Positions 51,201 through 64,000 of a stretch of DNA of 64,000 bases are shown in pieces. The notes beneath the pieces are model-generated. The model had not been told where the DNA came from, searched no databases, and worked only from the letters and a program-made list of their open reading frames with translations. This DNA comes from Cystobasidiomycetes sp. EMM_F5 (lineage: Eukaryota), in assembly GCA_051047955.1 (NCBI GenBank), contig JBPGPT010000045.1, positions 1 through 64,000 of the forward strand. Direction: 5' to 3'. The number at the start of each line of letters is the position of its first letter. Positions within the stretch are counted from its first letter, which is position 1. The translations under genes were made by a program, and so were the position numbers.

Positions 51201-52899
51201 CTCTGCTTTATGTCCGTCTGGCTCACTGGCATGCAAATCCCTGTACAGTTGCCCACACATAAAGCTACTACGCCGGTGAAGGCAGCAACGTCGATCTTGC
51301 CTAGTGATCCTACGCACGCATACATCATTAGACTTGGGGAAGCAGCTTTCGAGTGCCGCTGTTCGTCCATCGGCACAATAAAAGTGTGTGCCACAAATAT
51401 GGTCAGCAGGACGCGATACGTGCCAACAATCTCTCGCTCGGTCGATGTCGATATGCAATCTTTCACTGCGGTCGCCGCAGGTCAAGTGACTGGTACGCTT
51501 CACGTAAACGGGATGTACTTCGTCACGAAATTTGCCGACGAAGTACAATACGATAGCGAAGGCGAAATGCGGCGTCTACAGCTCGGTCTAAAAATCGGTA
51601 GAGTCAGTCTCGATCTGAGTTTTGAGGACAAGCAAGTCTTGCTAGCCAGAATCGATCCGATCCGCATCGGTGTTGCCGACGATTGGTCACAGATGTCTAC
51701 AGAAGGTCAGCTCCGACTCGATTTCTCCACGCACATAGATACGTCCGCTGTGTTGGGAACAGCGCAAATGTTGCCTGCAATTTTTGGTCTCAAAAGGAGA
51801 ATCACTAATCTTCTCGAGGAGCAGAGGCGGGCTGCGCACAATAGGCTAGAGCTTGCGCGCCTGGTGAACGAGAAGCCGAACGTAGCAAGAACAGGAGCAA
51901 TTGAGATCATGAGTAATCAGCCAGAACAACAAGAAGGGCAAGATCTTCCTACTACTGCTCTGCTCCCTACACCGCTTGGAATACCCCCCGGTACATGTAT
52001 CGTGGGAAATATTGACTTCAAAATCACCGGCCTGCGTGTAGCTTTATTCAACGGACTAATGAACCAATCCAAAGGTGTTCACGGCGAGATACAATTCGTC
52101 TCGGCTAGCCTGCGTCGTTGGCAAGAAGCAGAAGGAACTGTGCACCGCGAAACGAAATTCGTTTCAGGGATACTCAATATGCGCATCATAAATCCTGTTG
52201 TCGCGAGTGCGAACCAATCTAACGGGCACATGACCCTCGAAGAATCACTCAAACGATTACCACCTCATAAGCCGAACGACGACATCATCACTATCCCCAC
52301 GCTGCAAGCTTCGATGCAGAGTAGACAGCTATCAGCCGAACCTCGCGTTGTCTTCACCTTCAGACTCAGCTTCGCCGGTGGATTTGACGTGACGTTCAAT
52401 TATGCCCATATACTCACGGTAGGCGACCTGAAGAAGGATTACGTCGCAGCTTTTCAGCGAGCAGAGACCCATGCAAGCGGCGCAAAAAGTACGTCGTCAA
52501 TTGCGGTAGCGGCTGGCCCTTTGCCGAAGCCAGAAGGAATGCAAGTGGTAACAGAACGCGTAGACACGGACAGATCCGCAACCGATGTCATGATGAGCAA
52601 TGGCATTGAATTTGTCCCGCTTCAAGCGTATTCGATCGAGCTCAAATTGAAAATGCTGGGCGATGGTAAGCAGGAAATGTTTTTTCTCATGTGAAGTGTC
52701 CACTAAGCTCACTGGCTACCGTATAGCTACTCCAAGCTTCGTTCTCGAGAGGCAGAAGAAACACCTCCCAATATATTTACACATGCTTGTCACTCTCAAT
52801 CTGGAATTCATTATCAACCAGCTTTGTGACCTCTACAACCACAATCTCGGCAAATTCGTTGAAGATCATGGACACCAAGCCGTTGAGGATACGGTTTGA
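42201..52899 (+). CDS. CSF1: Csf1 / bridge-like lipid transfer protein 1 (BLTP1/Tweek family), about 3000+ aa, many exons
   Basis: N-terminal TM then FYLFYFGR, SIQLSPLGGRL, ITWRYW, LPCR...LEGVEWFVYNRSPAFD, TYYSDIPG, PEWGVD, YGPWSDRQR, REPSKDW, RPYGWLD, DNYFG, HRLFG. Confidence 0.95.
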
Positions 52900-53257
52900 C
52901 TTATTGTATGACTTTTGAGACGCAATCCCAACAGCCACTCTTGTTCCCGCGTCCTTTCCCCTCAAAGTGTAGCATTATCCCTGCAGCGGAATTGTAGCAT
53001 AGTTCGAGGACAAAAAGAAGCAGAATTACGCGAGAGATGATCGAAGTATCAGAGAACAGAGGTTGCTTTACGATTTGGTCAATTTGGCAGACATTGCAAT
53101 GTCGCGATGTGCTACGATCGCGCGCCTTTGTCAAATATGCACAAGGTTACAAGGTTGCTACACAGGGGCACAGGCGGCCCTTCGCTCGTCGTCAATGCTT
53201 TCACATTAGGATGTTGCTGCAGCCATGATTTGTTGTCTCCCTAACACTGTTGATCAA

Positions 53258-55757
53258 CTATCCAACAGGTAGAGCTTTCGAAGCTCCGTCTGGCTCGGTC
53301 ATGGAAACGCTAGCCGTCCTCCTGTGCCAGGAGTCAAACGAGGAGGAAGAAGAAACCCTCGTGAGCCCCTCCCGACTTGCTCGTCTCTCACGGGCAGCCT
53401 CTTCATCGGTGTCGCCAGATTCTTCATCCGAGCTGGGTCGTCGATGTGGATTGTTAATGCTGTCGCTTTGGAGCGAAAACGATGCGGACGCCACGTGCTT
53501 GTATGGTTGCCTCCTCGACGAATTGCTTCTCGCGTATGACGGCGTAGATGATGCTGACAAAGACGACGAGGCGGCCTGAGCGGCGGTACTGCATGAGGTA
53601 CAAAGCGCATCCCAAGAATCACGTAGCTTGATTGAAAGCGATCGTTTGTGTGAATGCCCTAACGATGAGCGGACTGGCACGGCATGGGCAGCTAATACCT
53701 CGGAAGCCGTAGAGTCGGTCCTCTCACGACGCAGGAGCGGAATAGCGGGATGCAGCTCGCTGATCACGTCTTCACTTGAGCGAAAGCTAGAACCTAGTGC
53801 GACACCGACGGCAGGGCTGAGAGATACTTTACGTCGATCCGTGAGACGGACCTTACCAGGCGATCCTGGCTGATCTCGAGAACCGCCAAGGAACGTCCGA
53901 AGTTGCTGCTTGAAAAGAAGTGGTGCAGCTGATAGAACGCTGGCGATCGCCAGCTTTACGCAGAGATCCCATGTCCATATGCTCGAAACATTACCTTCTC
54001 CTGCCGAAGTAGCTAATTCCCCGAGGAGGTCGCCCAGTTGCGTTGTTACAAAGTTGTATGGAAAGGACCCGAGGACGAGCGTCGCAAAGTATGGTACGAC
54101 GGGCACATGCAGTACTCCGCAGGCGATATTGAGAACGCTATACGGAAGGAGCGGGAACAGACGGGCCAACAGGAGGTAGCTAAAAAGATCGGCCGATGTA
54201 CCTGATAAGAGTTTGGACCGCGTTGCGTTCAGAGCACGCGGTAGATATCGTTCAACCAGTGGTGCACATAAGCGTGCCATATAGTATGCGAGCACTGAGC
54301 CAACGCCAGTAAATATACATGCATATGCGGTTGCAGCGTACTAGAGGACGGCGTTTAGCTTGGTATTGTCCGAGAATCCGCAAAGTAGGGTCAGAACTCA
54401 CAGTACCGTATAGACTACCAAAGAGAATATTTACAAGAATACTACCAGGTACCGAGAACGCCTGCTTGAATACGAATAAAGCACTCAAAACTGCTGTAAC
54501 ATGCAGGCCTTCCGTGAAGCCTTTCCGCGAATAGTCGCGCAAGGCAGAAGCCTGCTCCTTAATTTCGGAGACGTTGTGCGGGAGTTTCAGAGGAATCGTA
54601 GAGATAGCAAAGTAGATGAGGACGAGACATGTACAAAACGCAGCTGCGAGGAAGATAATAGGAGGTAATAAATTTGCGAGCGTATGAGTCTGTTGTCGAG
54701 CAGAGGAGAGGGTTGCTGCACGCGCCCGCGTGCCATTGAAAGAGTCTGCTTGCACGGCCAATGGTCGGGCAGCAATCCCATTGCCGTGATCGTATGCATT
54801 TTGAATGAGTCTTGACGACGTAGACGTATTATATTCAGGCCGTTCGTACAAAGACGACGGTACAATATTCTTATTCTCGTCAGACCCAACGATTATTGAT
54901 TGACCGGGTCTGGTGGGGGGTGCAAAATCGAAACTTTCGCGTTCTTGCACCGGTGTTGGCGGTATTGAGACTGTGAGGTACGACCTCGCTCGCGCTCCCA
55001 GGCCAGTGCGACGGGGTGGCGATGCGAACAAAGCTGAGGAGGTCGATGCTGTCGGTGCATGCAAATTGTGCTCTTGTCCAATTGTCCCTAGGGAGCTTGA
55101 CGTCGCATGCACATATTCATGCCCTTCTCTTTTAGCACGGTCCGGCGAATCATCGTACAGTTCTGATGTGCCAAGTTTACTTGCTGCATGTTTGAATATG
55201 TTGTTAGCAAATGTCGATAGCATCGTTGTAGCAGCCTGCATGAGGACGGGCGTTTGCGGCGGACTGCTCTCATCTGTATACGCCGATGACGAAGATCCAT
55301 CGCTAAAATGCAGGGAGGGTGTTGCAGAGACGGGTGCCGTTGACTCTGGAATCGTTGCCATCCCGGATCCGATATCGTCTTCGGTGGTCGCATGATCGGG
55401 AACCTCGTCTACAGTATCGAAAGACGTCTTGTTGATGTAAGATCTCGATGGCTGATTGTGCTGGAAACTTTCAACACTTGCTGAGTAGCCGCCAGTCGGG
55501 TAAACACTGCCAGATTCGCTCGATGAATCTCGAATCTCGTCGTGCAAGGACGTGGTGGAATACGAGTCTCCGTTCTGATACAGCAGAGATCTCGACCGCA
55601 TCCGCGTGAGGCCGTTCGTGCCCCCAGGCCGCAGATTGACATTTTGCGATACGCCAGTTGGCGCTCGCGGTCTCGAGACGAGACTTGACGTAGGAGTGCT
55701 ATGGGGCGACGATGACGGCGAAGACGACTGCTGCTGGCGGTGATTGTACTCAGACAT
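53258..55757 (-). CDS. VTT/SNARE-associated-domain protein (TMEM41B/Tvp38-like, putative lipid scramblase), 2 exons
   Basis: FKQAFSVPGSILVNILFGSLYG and LLARLFPLLPYSVLNIACGVLHV...YFATLVLGSFPYNFV; long Ser-rich N- and C-terminal tails. Confidence 0.88.
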
Positions 55758-56719
55758 CTTGGAGGGGGCTTTCGCGTCTTCAATAATGGCGGTCCCGAGC
55801 TGGTTGACGTCTGGATATGGCTGAAGAATCGAAGGATTGCACGTTCAATTTTGAGCCATTATGGTGCGCGGATGTGCTGGAGTGCGCTCTACTCTGGCTT
55901 GTAGCTGGGACTGTCGTTATCTTTCGCTCGGACTGCGACTTGATGGATCCCGTTGCAATATGTTTCCCGCAGCAATGACCGTAACTTAGTAGGCTGACGG
56001 CTCGACCAGCTGACCGTGTTTCGTTTCAGAGATCAGATATTGCAGCTAATCAGGCTGGTATTGCAAGTGATGCAGTGCAGAGGCTTTCACAGAAAGACTG
56101 AGTGAAAAATGGTCATGCTCGATGACCGTGGTGGCGAAATACTGCCGGGGTTTGCGGAAGGAGATAAAGGCTGACGTCTGCTGGTATCGCTGCATGCGAG
56201 TGTATCGTGTGAACGTTGATTGCATTTCTCGTTCCAGGCCTCCCTGTGTTGGCCGGACTCGCTGGTTTTGACGAATTACGCAACTAGGTTTCGCATCTCC
56301 GAGTCCAACCTCTTCCCACACAGCTCAAACGCCGCTGCCAGCGTCACAAATACATCAGCTGCAATCCCCACGCTTTTCGCTAAATTTCTCCCCAGATACG
56401 GCTTGCTTACGCTTTTTGACCCAGGAGATTCAGGTCTACCTCCGACTATCGTGTCCCGCTAAGCTCACCGCTTGTGATCCGGTGACAGGAGGCTGTCGAG
56501 TGCCTTTGTCCGTTTGGTGACCGTCCTCGCGGCTCGCGAGCGAAACGCCCAAAAACCCGCTGAAATCCCCAGACTCTCGCTGACCTCGCTTTCTGTCCAA
56601 TCGTATGCTTACAGCGATACAGCGTCCTTTACTATACGCTCAACTTCCAACTTATCAAGGTCTGCTTTGACACCTCGTCTCAGCTCTGTGACACCTGCAT
56701 CACTCACTTACTCCAAAAG

Positions 56720-57598
56720 ATGTCGTCGTGCGATGACGATGATCAAACCCCTGTTATCATCAACGAGACAGTTTATGCTTTGCATTACACAGCAGGCAAA
56801 GGCTTCATAGCACCAAACAAGGTGGCTCTACCATCTCTCGTGACAGACTTTGGACGTGGTAAACCCCCTCGGCCAGGTACTCCCCATGCTGAGAGCAGAG
56901 ACTCGAGCGTATCCGTCTCCACCAATGCGTCTGATCCATTCTACATGTCCGCCCTTCCTTCCTCTCCAACTATCACCCTTGAAGATGGGCTATCAGCCAT
57001 TCTTCCAATCCTGTTGTCACCTTCGAGAAGCCAGGCCGCACGCCGCTCCTCTGCAACATCCGCATCTTCCGTCCATCATCGCTTCTCACTGCTCTCCGAT
57101 TCCAGCGACAACAGTATCTCAAAGGTTTCCTCGCCGAACGTTCGGCATTCAACGGGCTCCGTTCCGAAACCGCACGTCCACTATACTTCTACGGAACCAA
57201 GACGTGTATCCGTCTCTCAGATTGATCTCGCTCGTAAAGCCAGGGATATGGAACTACGAGAGAACATGTGGCGGAGTGTATCCGCAAACAAGACAGACAT
57301 CAGATCTAGATCGCCAAGCAGAACGCAGCAAGCTTACAGGTATACGCCATACAGTAGTCCAGACCCTCACGGGAAGGATGCTCGCGATCGTCGCGGCAGG
57401 CCCACTTCCAGAAACGGCGAGCGGCCGCATCAGAGTGCCAATGAGCAAGAACATGCATCACCCGCGTTGCGACATACAGAGAAGCGCCCCACTCTTGCCG
57501 AACCTGCAGCCGGAAAAGGTATGCTGCTCGGATCAGCATTCAAACGCGCAATCGCTGCAACACTATCGGAGAATGGGACGGAAAATAACACGATGTAA
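56720..57598 (+). CDS. Hypothetical Ser/Arg/Pro-rich disordered protein (292 aa)
   Basis: Single ATG-initiated ORF after a pyrimidine-rich leader; no recognisable domain. Confidence 0.6.
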   Translation: MSSCDDDDQTPVIINETVYALHYTAGKGFIAPNKVALPSLVTDFGRGKPPRPGTPHAESRDSSVSVSTNASDPFYMSALPSSPTITLEDGLSAILPILLSPSRSQAARRSSATSASSVHHRFSLLSDSSDNSISKVSSPNVRHSTGSVPKPHVHYTSTEPRRVSVSQIDLARKARDMELRENMWRSVSANKTDIRSRSPSRTQQAYRYTPYSSPDPHGKDARDRRGRPTSRNGERPHQSANEQEHASPALRHTEKRPTLAEPAAGKGMLLGSAFKRAIAATLSENGTENNTM

Positions 57599-57723
57599 GG
57601 AGTACCAGCTGGAATGAGAAACGCAATATTGCGCGAGGTTGGCTACTAAGCTACGGTATATAATTTATAAAACTGCATAAACGTCCCATTTTTTTCGCAC
57701 TGCAAATACATAAAGTAGGCAGC

Positions 57724-58695
57724 TCATTGTGGTGCTGCCTTGAAGTCTGCATACTCCGCTCTAGCGTACGCTTCCATTGTTTCAGGGGAACTTTCGGGCA
57801 GATCTCTTATCCGCTGCCCTGGGGAGCCTGCAAAGACCGACATGGATGGTATGACTGTTCCTGGGGCGATGATAGTATCGTCAAGAATCTCAGCACAGTC
57901 CTTGATGATGGCGAAGCGTCCCTGTGCCGCGCGAGTCTGCAGTCAGATCCGTTGGACGATCAATTTCCATCCATCAACCTACAATCACGCAGTTCTTGCC
58001 AATCTTAACGTTGTTCCCGATAGAAGCTGCTTCGATGATTGTATTGCTCCCGACATGAACATAATCTCCGATCTTTTGCGGATAGTAACTGTGCCAGTAG
58101 ATCATGAGAGCGTGTTGCGAATATGGCATTATCTGCAGCTTACCTGAAGACTCTGCATAATGTGAATGCGAAACAGGTTCAAACAAGGATACCATGACAC
58201 ATATCTCACTCACCCTTTGTAGGTTTTGTACGGAGGTCTCACCACGCAGCCATCGGCAATGGTAGTATACCTCCCGACGGATAGCACGACTGCGTGGCCC
58301 GACCCGGCGCGTCTTAGATCACCTCGTAGCATTACTTGATGCATGATGATGGTCTTGCCGCCTGTAACATGGCGGATATTATTGCACTAAGCACGGACGC
58401 TCTTCTGCGAGTTCAGCTATAGCCTTACCGATTACGATATTGGACGAACCGCCTGTAGTGGATACATATCAGAAGAATACGAGATCCGCAAACAAAAGAC
58501 TGTCTCTGACATATGAAGGCCTTTCGTGACACCTTATTGCCGGTATCCTGCGCAGGTTAAATTAGCGGAGAATCAGCAATTTCCCATTGTGCAACCGACA
58601 GTCTCGATGTAATCCTTCTTGTCATAGTACATGGTGTCTATCTTGGTGCATGAATTGGCAGCCGCGATGCGTCACATCGGTCAAGAGCAGACCAT
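57724..58695 (-). CDS. DCTN5: Dynactin subunit 5 (p25), left-handed beta-helix, up to 8 exons
   Basis: [30 protein letters not shown]...LRGDLRR...RPPYKTYKG-VFS-YYPQKIGDYVHVG...IGKNCVI-GRFAIIKDC. 9-nt exon at 58144-58152. The start is either an ATG-only exon at 58695 or the ATG at 58632. Confidence 0.93.
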
Positions 58696-58760
58696 GCTTG
58701 GATTGCCTTGCTGGTCAACATTCTGCCAACCACAACAACATCTGCAAGTCTGGCAACGTG

Positions 58761-61345
58761 ATGGCGCTTAGTCCTGCTGAAGCGCACATTCAGCGTACTA
58801 TAGACCTGCTGCAGCAAGAACGAGACACAGATCTCGCCCAAACATCCCTGCTGTCATCGAAATGCTCACCAAAACTCCTTGAAGCCAGAGGATTGGCAAT
58901 ACTCAATCTGCAGGTCACTAACATCTCCGTAGGACTTGGAGGAAAGACTATTGTCGAGCTGGAAAGATGGATGAAGGGTCCCTTGCCTAGTCACAGCTTC
59001 CGAAACGGAGATATCTGCGAGATTCTAGGAAATGATGCTGGCGTCAATCAACCGACATCGAGCAAGGGCAAGGGCAAGGCAAATGATAAGAGTCAAGATT
59101 CGCCTGAAGCTGCAAAATTTCAGGCTACGGTCTACCGAGTACACGAAGAAAAGCTGGTAGTGGCAATGGATAGTAAAGACAAGGACGACCAGGATCCTAT
59201 TCTGCCAGAGAAATGTAGATGGTGCGCAAGATTGCGCCAAGTAGTTTCGCTCGAACTCGTAGCTTATGTTGTTCTGCTACACTTGTGCCTGTCATTGCAG
59301 CCAAAAATTGGCAAATACTGTCACATACGATAGAATGGACAAGACACTCCATCGTCTACTGAAACTCGTTTCTCCGTCTACCGTCGCGCCTCCCACTCTC
59401 ATTCAGATCCTCTTCGGCCTACAGCAACCGTCAAATACTGCCATTACTGCTGCACAACGTGATTCAATAGTGTTCCTGGACACAAACCTAAATGACTCGC
59501 AGAAGGATGCTGTGCAGTTCGCCGTGTATGAATCTGATCAAGTAGCACTGATCCACGGGCCGCCTGGTACGGGCAAAACTTCGACGCTTATCGAATGTAT
59601 CAGACATTTCGTAAATCTGGACAAGCGAGTCCTTGTTTGTGCTGCGAGCAATCTCGCCGTAGATAACATCTTGGAGCGCTTGTCATTACATCTGCCGAGC
59701 CAAGCAATGTCTCGCATTGGTCATCCTGCTCGCATTCTCCCTCAACTGATGAAGTCCACACTGGATTATCAGACCACGTATTCAAATAGCGGGCAGGTTA
59801 CTCGCGAACTAAAAGATGAGATTGAACAGATAACAAAAACGCTAACGAGCGGCAAAGTGCGCGGGAAAGAGAGGAGGGATGGATGGAGTGAAGTACGGGA
59901 ATTAAGGAAGGAGTGCGTACAGATAGCAACTTACATCCCTTCCAGACTCGCTGACACTGTAACAGGTATCGTAAGCGCGAAGGAGACGTAGTCAAGGGTA
60001 TAGTCAGCCAGTCCAAAGTGGTGCTTGCAACCTGTCATGGGTGAGTATTGATCTGATTCCTCCGGTAAGAGAGTTTCACACCTGTCTGAGCCTTTATCGT
60101 GTAGGGCTGGCTCTCGACAGATTGCAGACATGGACTTCGATATACTCATAATCGACGAAGCCGCCCAAGCGCTGGAAGCGGTCTGCTGGATTCCGATTCT
60201 CAAGACAAAACAAAAGCTTATCCTCGCTGGAGATCATCTCCAACTTCCTCCGACGATCAAAACAACGGTGTCGCCCTCCAAAGGCACAGACAAATCTGCA
60301 TCAACAAAGGCATCGGATACAAATGGCAAAATTGTGGACAAGGCGGTTGGAGGCGCGGGGACAAAGAATCTCAGTCCAAAGAGTCTTGAGGTCACCTTGT
60401 TCGATCGTTTACTTACTATGTACGGATCCAAGATCAAGAGGTTGCTGAATGTGCAGTATCGAATGCATGAGAAAGTACGCCTGATCGCGATTCCTAACAT
60501 TGTATCACGGCTTGCGCTGACCTTCTTTATGATCGATCTCTGTCATTCATATTGCCTTCAGATCATGCAGTTCCCATCGACCGAACTATACGCAAACAAA
60601 CTTGTGGCTCACGAAAGTGTCGCTCAGCGCTTATTGCGGGATTTGCCCGGACGAACGCCAAGCAGCAATGGTACTGGATCATCTGATGACGAAGACGACG
60701 GTCTTCTGACGGAGCCGGTAATATTTTACGACACTGCGGGACTAAACATGTATGAACGTGCGGAGGATAAAGACACTGACCCTTCAGTAAGGCGGACACT
60801 TGACGGCGAGAGCAAGAGTAACGAAAACGAAGCCGAGATAGTCATGAAGTTTATTGAGGAATTGGTATGTGGCACGTCGGACAAGAAAAGACGCACCAAG
60901 CTAACGGTACTCCGACTATCATTACCTCTACTAGCTGCAAGCCGGAGTACCGCAATCCAGCATAGCCGTTATTACCCCTTACAATGCACAAGTAGCATTG
61001 ATTACGGCCTTGTTGCGAGCAAAATATCCTCCTGATACCGTCTCGTCGACAACCTCGACAGATACCTCCGCGCCGGCAGCGATAGAATGCGGAAGTGTTG
61101 ATGGCTTCCAAGGTCGAGAGAAAGACGTCATCATACTGAGTCTTGTCCGAAGCAATGACAAGAAGGAAGTAGGATTCCTGTCAGAGAAGCGACGGCTTAA
61201 TGTAGCCATCACAAGACCGAAGAGGTGCTTGTGCATCGTCGGAGATAGCGAAACTGTCGGAAGTGGGAATGGAAGTGCAAACAAGTTCTTGCGGGACTGG
61301 ATGGCTTGGTTGGAGGAAAATGCCGATATCAGAGTGGTTCAATAA
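58761..61345 (+). CDS. HCS1: SF1 Upf1-like helicase Hcs1/IGHMBP2 (SMUBP-2)
   Basis: [91 protein letters not shown]. Confidence 0.95.
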
Positions 61346-61600
61346 TGCACTGCATTCCACGTATCTGGAAGTTTGGCTCGAACGACTGCACAAGGTTATG
61401 TTGCAAGACGATACTCAATTTCAGTCCACACTGTGAAGGAGCATTATGTGCATTCAAATATCGTAGAATCAATATGACTATGGCTACAGGTTCAGACACA
61501 ATGCGCAGCCTATTGGGTTTTGCGTACTCGCGGAATAATGTAGAAGGAACACCTGACCCGGTCACCTATAGACCCTCTTATCGCCATATCACTACTTTCC

Positions 61601-63079
61601 TCAGGCCGTTGACAGAAGCGGGACCTGCTCATCCCGTTCGGCCAAGATGGCTTTTTCCGTCTTTACGCTAATGTCGGCCACAGCCGAGTGTTCGACATCA
61701 ATATATGCCGCTGATTTGGTATCGACGGATGCAGCAGCCGACTTGATAGACTTCTTGGAGCACCAAACCTCCTCGTAGGTCCAGAGCGCCTTCTTCTCGC
61801 CTCGTACGCTCGACTTGATAGAAACTGCAATCGCAAGGAGCGGCATTATGATAAATGTGGCTACTGCTGCAAAGATTTGTTGTTCGAGAGGGTTGTAGTC
61901 GAAGGCGCTCGATGAAGCTTTTGTGCCAAACACATACACAGACAGCATGTAATGGAGAAGTGGAGCAGCGGCCATATACACGAAGGTGACGATGAGCATT
62001 CCAGTCTCGTAGTACGTGCGCTGGCTCGACGCGATGATACTCGACAGAGACGTGGAGGACGGGATGATGAGGCCTGGTCCGGTAAGTTGACGTTGGCCGT
62101 TGCATCCCGTGCGAGCGGCGACCTGCTCGAGCACAACAACGTTGGTGCTAGAAAGGGAAGTCCGGGCTTGGTGCCAGTCGAAGCGGAGGAGCGTAGCAAT
62201 GTAATGACCGACTGGGACGGCATAGAGAGCAGGAATAAGCGGGATAGCTGCATTGATGAGCGAAGTGCGGGAAGCGATTTTGGAAGCTGCCTGGAGTTCT
62301 TCTCGCTCCTGTTTGACGAGCGACATGAAGCTCTGCCAGAGTGTGCTACCAACGGTACTGTCGGATGAGGAGGACAGCCTGTAGTGGTAGGCAAAGACGA
62401 GCCCGACCATGGCAGCGAGAACGACAGCTTCGTACACGCAGAAGAAGATGGTCATGCGTCTGAGAGATACACGCCTACTAGTGCATCGCGAGGTAATGCT
62501 GAAGATGAGAGAAGCGGTCGAGAGGAGACGCAAGGCCATACTGTCCAAAGTGTTGCTAACGACGGTGTAGCTGAGACATGCGCACCCGAGAACGAGAGCG
62601 ATCCTGGAAGCACGAGCTTGCCAGTTATTGTGAAGAGGGCGGTACACGACTCGGCCCTTGACTGTCTTGTATGCCACGGTGGGCATCCCGACGATATGCG
62701 ACAGTGTGGCGTAGAAGGAAGAGGTCTGGACAAGTGTGGTAGATTAGTCGGGTCGCTGCGTTGTAGTCAGTACGTCCAAACTCACCAGAATGCAGCCAAC
62801 CAAGGCTGCGAAGAAGTACTGGACAGTCTGCTCGTCGCCCTTGAGCACGATCCACACTTCAACGACGAGTAGTGCCAGAAATGCCAACCCTGCTGGCCTG
62901 GGCACGAAGCGTCTTCTCTTTGCAGCCTGGCCGTCCGTACTCTCCGGTACTGGTGCCTCCAGCGCCGACACTGCTATCCAGTTTTGGAGGGCAGCCCGGC
63001 TTGCCATATCGTAGGCCATGACGAGGACGATGGGCGTCACCCACGAGTATCCGACTTCGACGCCGTTGATGTGCAGCAT
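61601..63079 (-). CDS. Divergent signal-peptide-peptidase-like (A22B/Ypf1-like) membrane protein lacking the catalytic motifs, 2 exons
   Basis: About 9 hydrophobic segments with SPP-like landmarks QYFF, IATLLRFD, YY and RGEKKALWTYEE. The YD position reads YE, and no GxGD or QPALLY is present. Confidence 0.6.
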
Positions 63080-63944
63080 GGCGGGATATGTGCTGACGAT
63101 GTGGAAAAAGAGTGCTCAACCCAGGATATCGCTGCGTCTACTTTCCACTCTTGATCCCGCTGTCCCGGCTATGCGGAGTTCTTGTCCGAGGTGTCGGAGC
63201 AGTGAGCCAGTGACTGATGTGTTTGATTTGTATATGCTGACGGACTGAGCAGAGGCAAGCCAGGGAGCAGCTCACTTTGCAGGAATTAAAATATGCAGAG
63301 CCCAGTCCTGCATGGGCTCTGGCACTTTATGCGTGAGATGGTCCGCCACTTGCCTATCTGAGCAGGGGGGGGCGATGCAAAATTTTATTCGACTTGGCCC
63401 AAAGCTGAGAGCGCGACGGGGCTGGTCAGTGGAATGGAAGTGGTGGTGGTGCAGACCTCGTTGCTAACGTTTGCGAGTCTTGCGGGTTGGCTGACGGTGC
63501 CTGACCGCCGTGGTCTCCACAATACCCAATCCAACACTCTGCAGACTGTTTCTACTCCCTGCAGCTCTGTAAGCTGGCTACAGACTGACCACATGACCCT
63601 CTCCACGTCCCTCGCCACCTTACGCTGATTTCCGAAACACCGCTATTTCTGCAGAACCGCCAAACAGCGCTTAATCTAAACTGACAGACACAACTGACGC
63701 CCGCAGCAAGGGCTGAAGCACGGTGCCGGCCAAAGGTGCCCGAGAGACTCCACTTTCGTCCGACTGCAGTAGGTTCCACTCTTGTAATACCGATATATCC
63801 CTCAAACCCGTGCGGCAAAAAAACGAAAACATCTATGCGATGAGAGCGTACTCGGGCGTATTGTCCCACTGCCTAATCTAAACCTCTTCTCTCTCTCTCT
63901 TCTGCTCATAAGACCGTCTTCAAGCCTCGTCTTCCTTCTTCTCT

Positions 63945-64000
63945 ATGACGCCACTGGGCTTAGTCCAGCCTTCACTCCTGGCACTCCCGGACGATGTTCT
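63945..64000 (+). CDS. 5' start of a probable F-box protein (truncated by the window edge)
   Basis: MTPLGLVQPSLLALPDDVL matches the L-x-x-L-P-x-D/E-V/I-L F-box start and follows a CT-rich leader. Only 18 codons are visible. Confidence 0.45.
   Translation, partial: MTPLGLVQPSLLALPDDV

Overview
Compact, intron-rich fungal genomic DNA (about 50% GC; mostly 50-80 nt GT-AG introns with CTRAY-type branch sites). Inference from gene content and style: a basidiomycete, plausibly a Pucciniomycotina yeast. I assembled about 25 protein-coding genes by hand across introns. Recognisable genes: GH31 glycosidase, ATP17, UBC1, EXO84, an ABM-type barrel protein, TIM10, an ACBP-ankyrin protein, a Sas4-domain protein, a class I/II chitin synthase, CSF1/BLTP1, a TMEM41B/Tvp38-like protein, dynactin p25, the HCS1/IGHMBP2 helicase and a degenerate signal-peptide-peptidase-like protein. 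There are also two small secreted proteins and several hypothetical genes. The first ~4 kb lacks long ORFs, is CpG-depleted in patches and is full of minus-strand splice signals; an orphan 3' fragment of a WDR7-like gene follows it. The most striking object is a secreted K/T/Y/V-rich repeat protein at 15798-17154. All seven of its introns are phase 2, so its six internal exons are frame-neutral cassettes (a micro-exon-gene-like architecture), and intron 2 has a 232-nt stretch with no AG. All calls come from reading the sequence and recalled family motifs; no searches were run. Exon boundaries are hand predictions.
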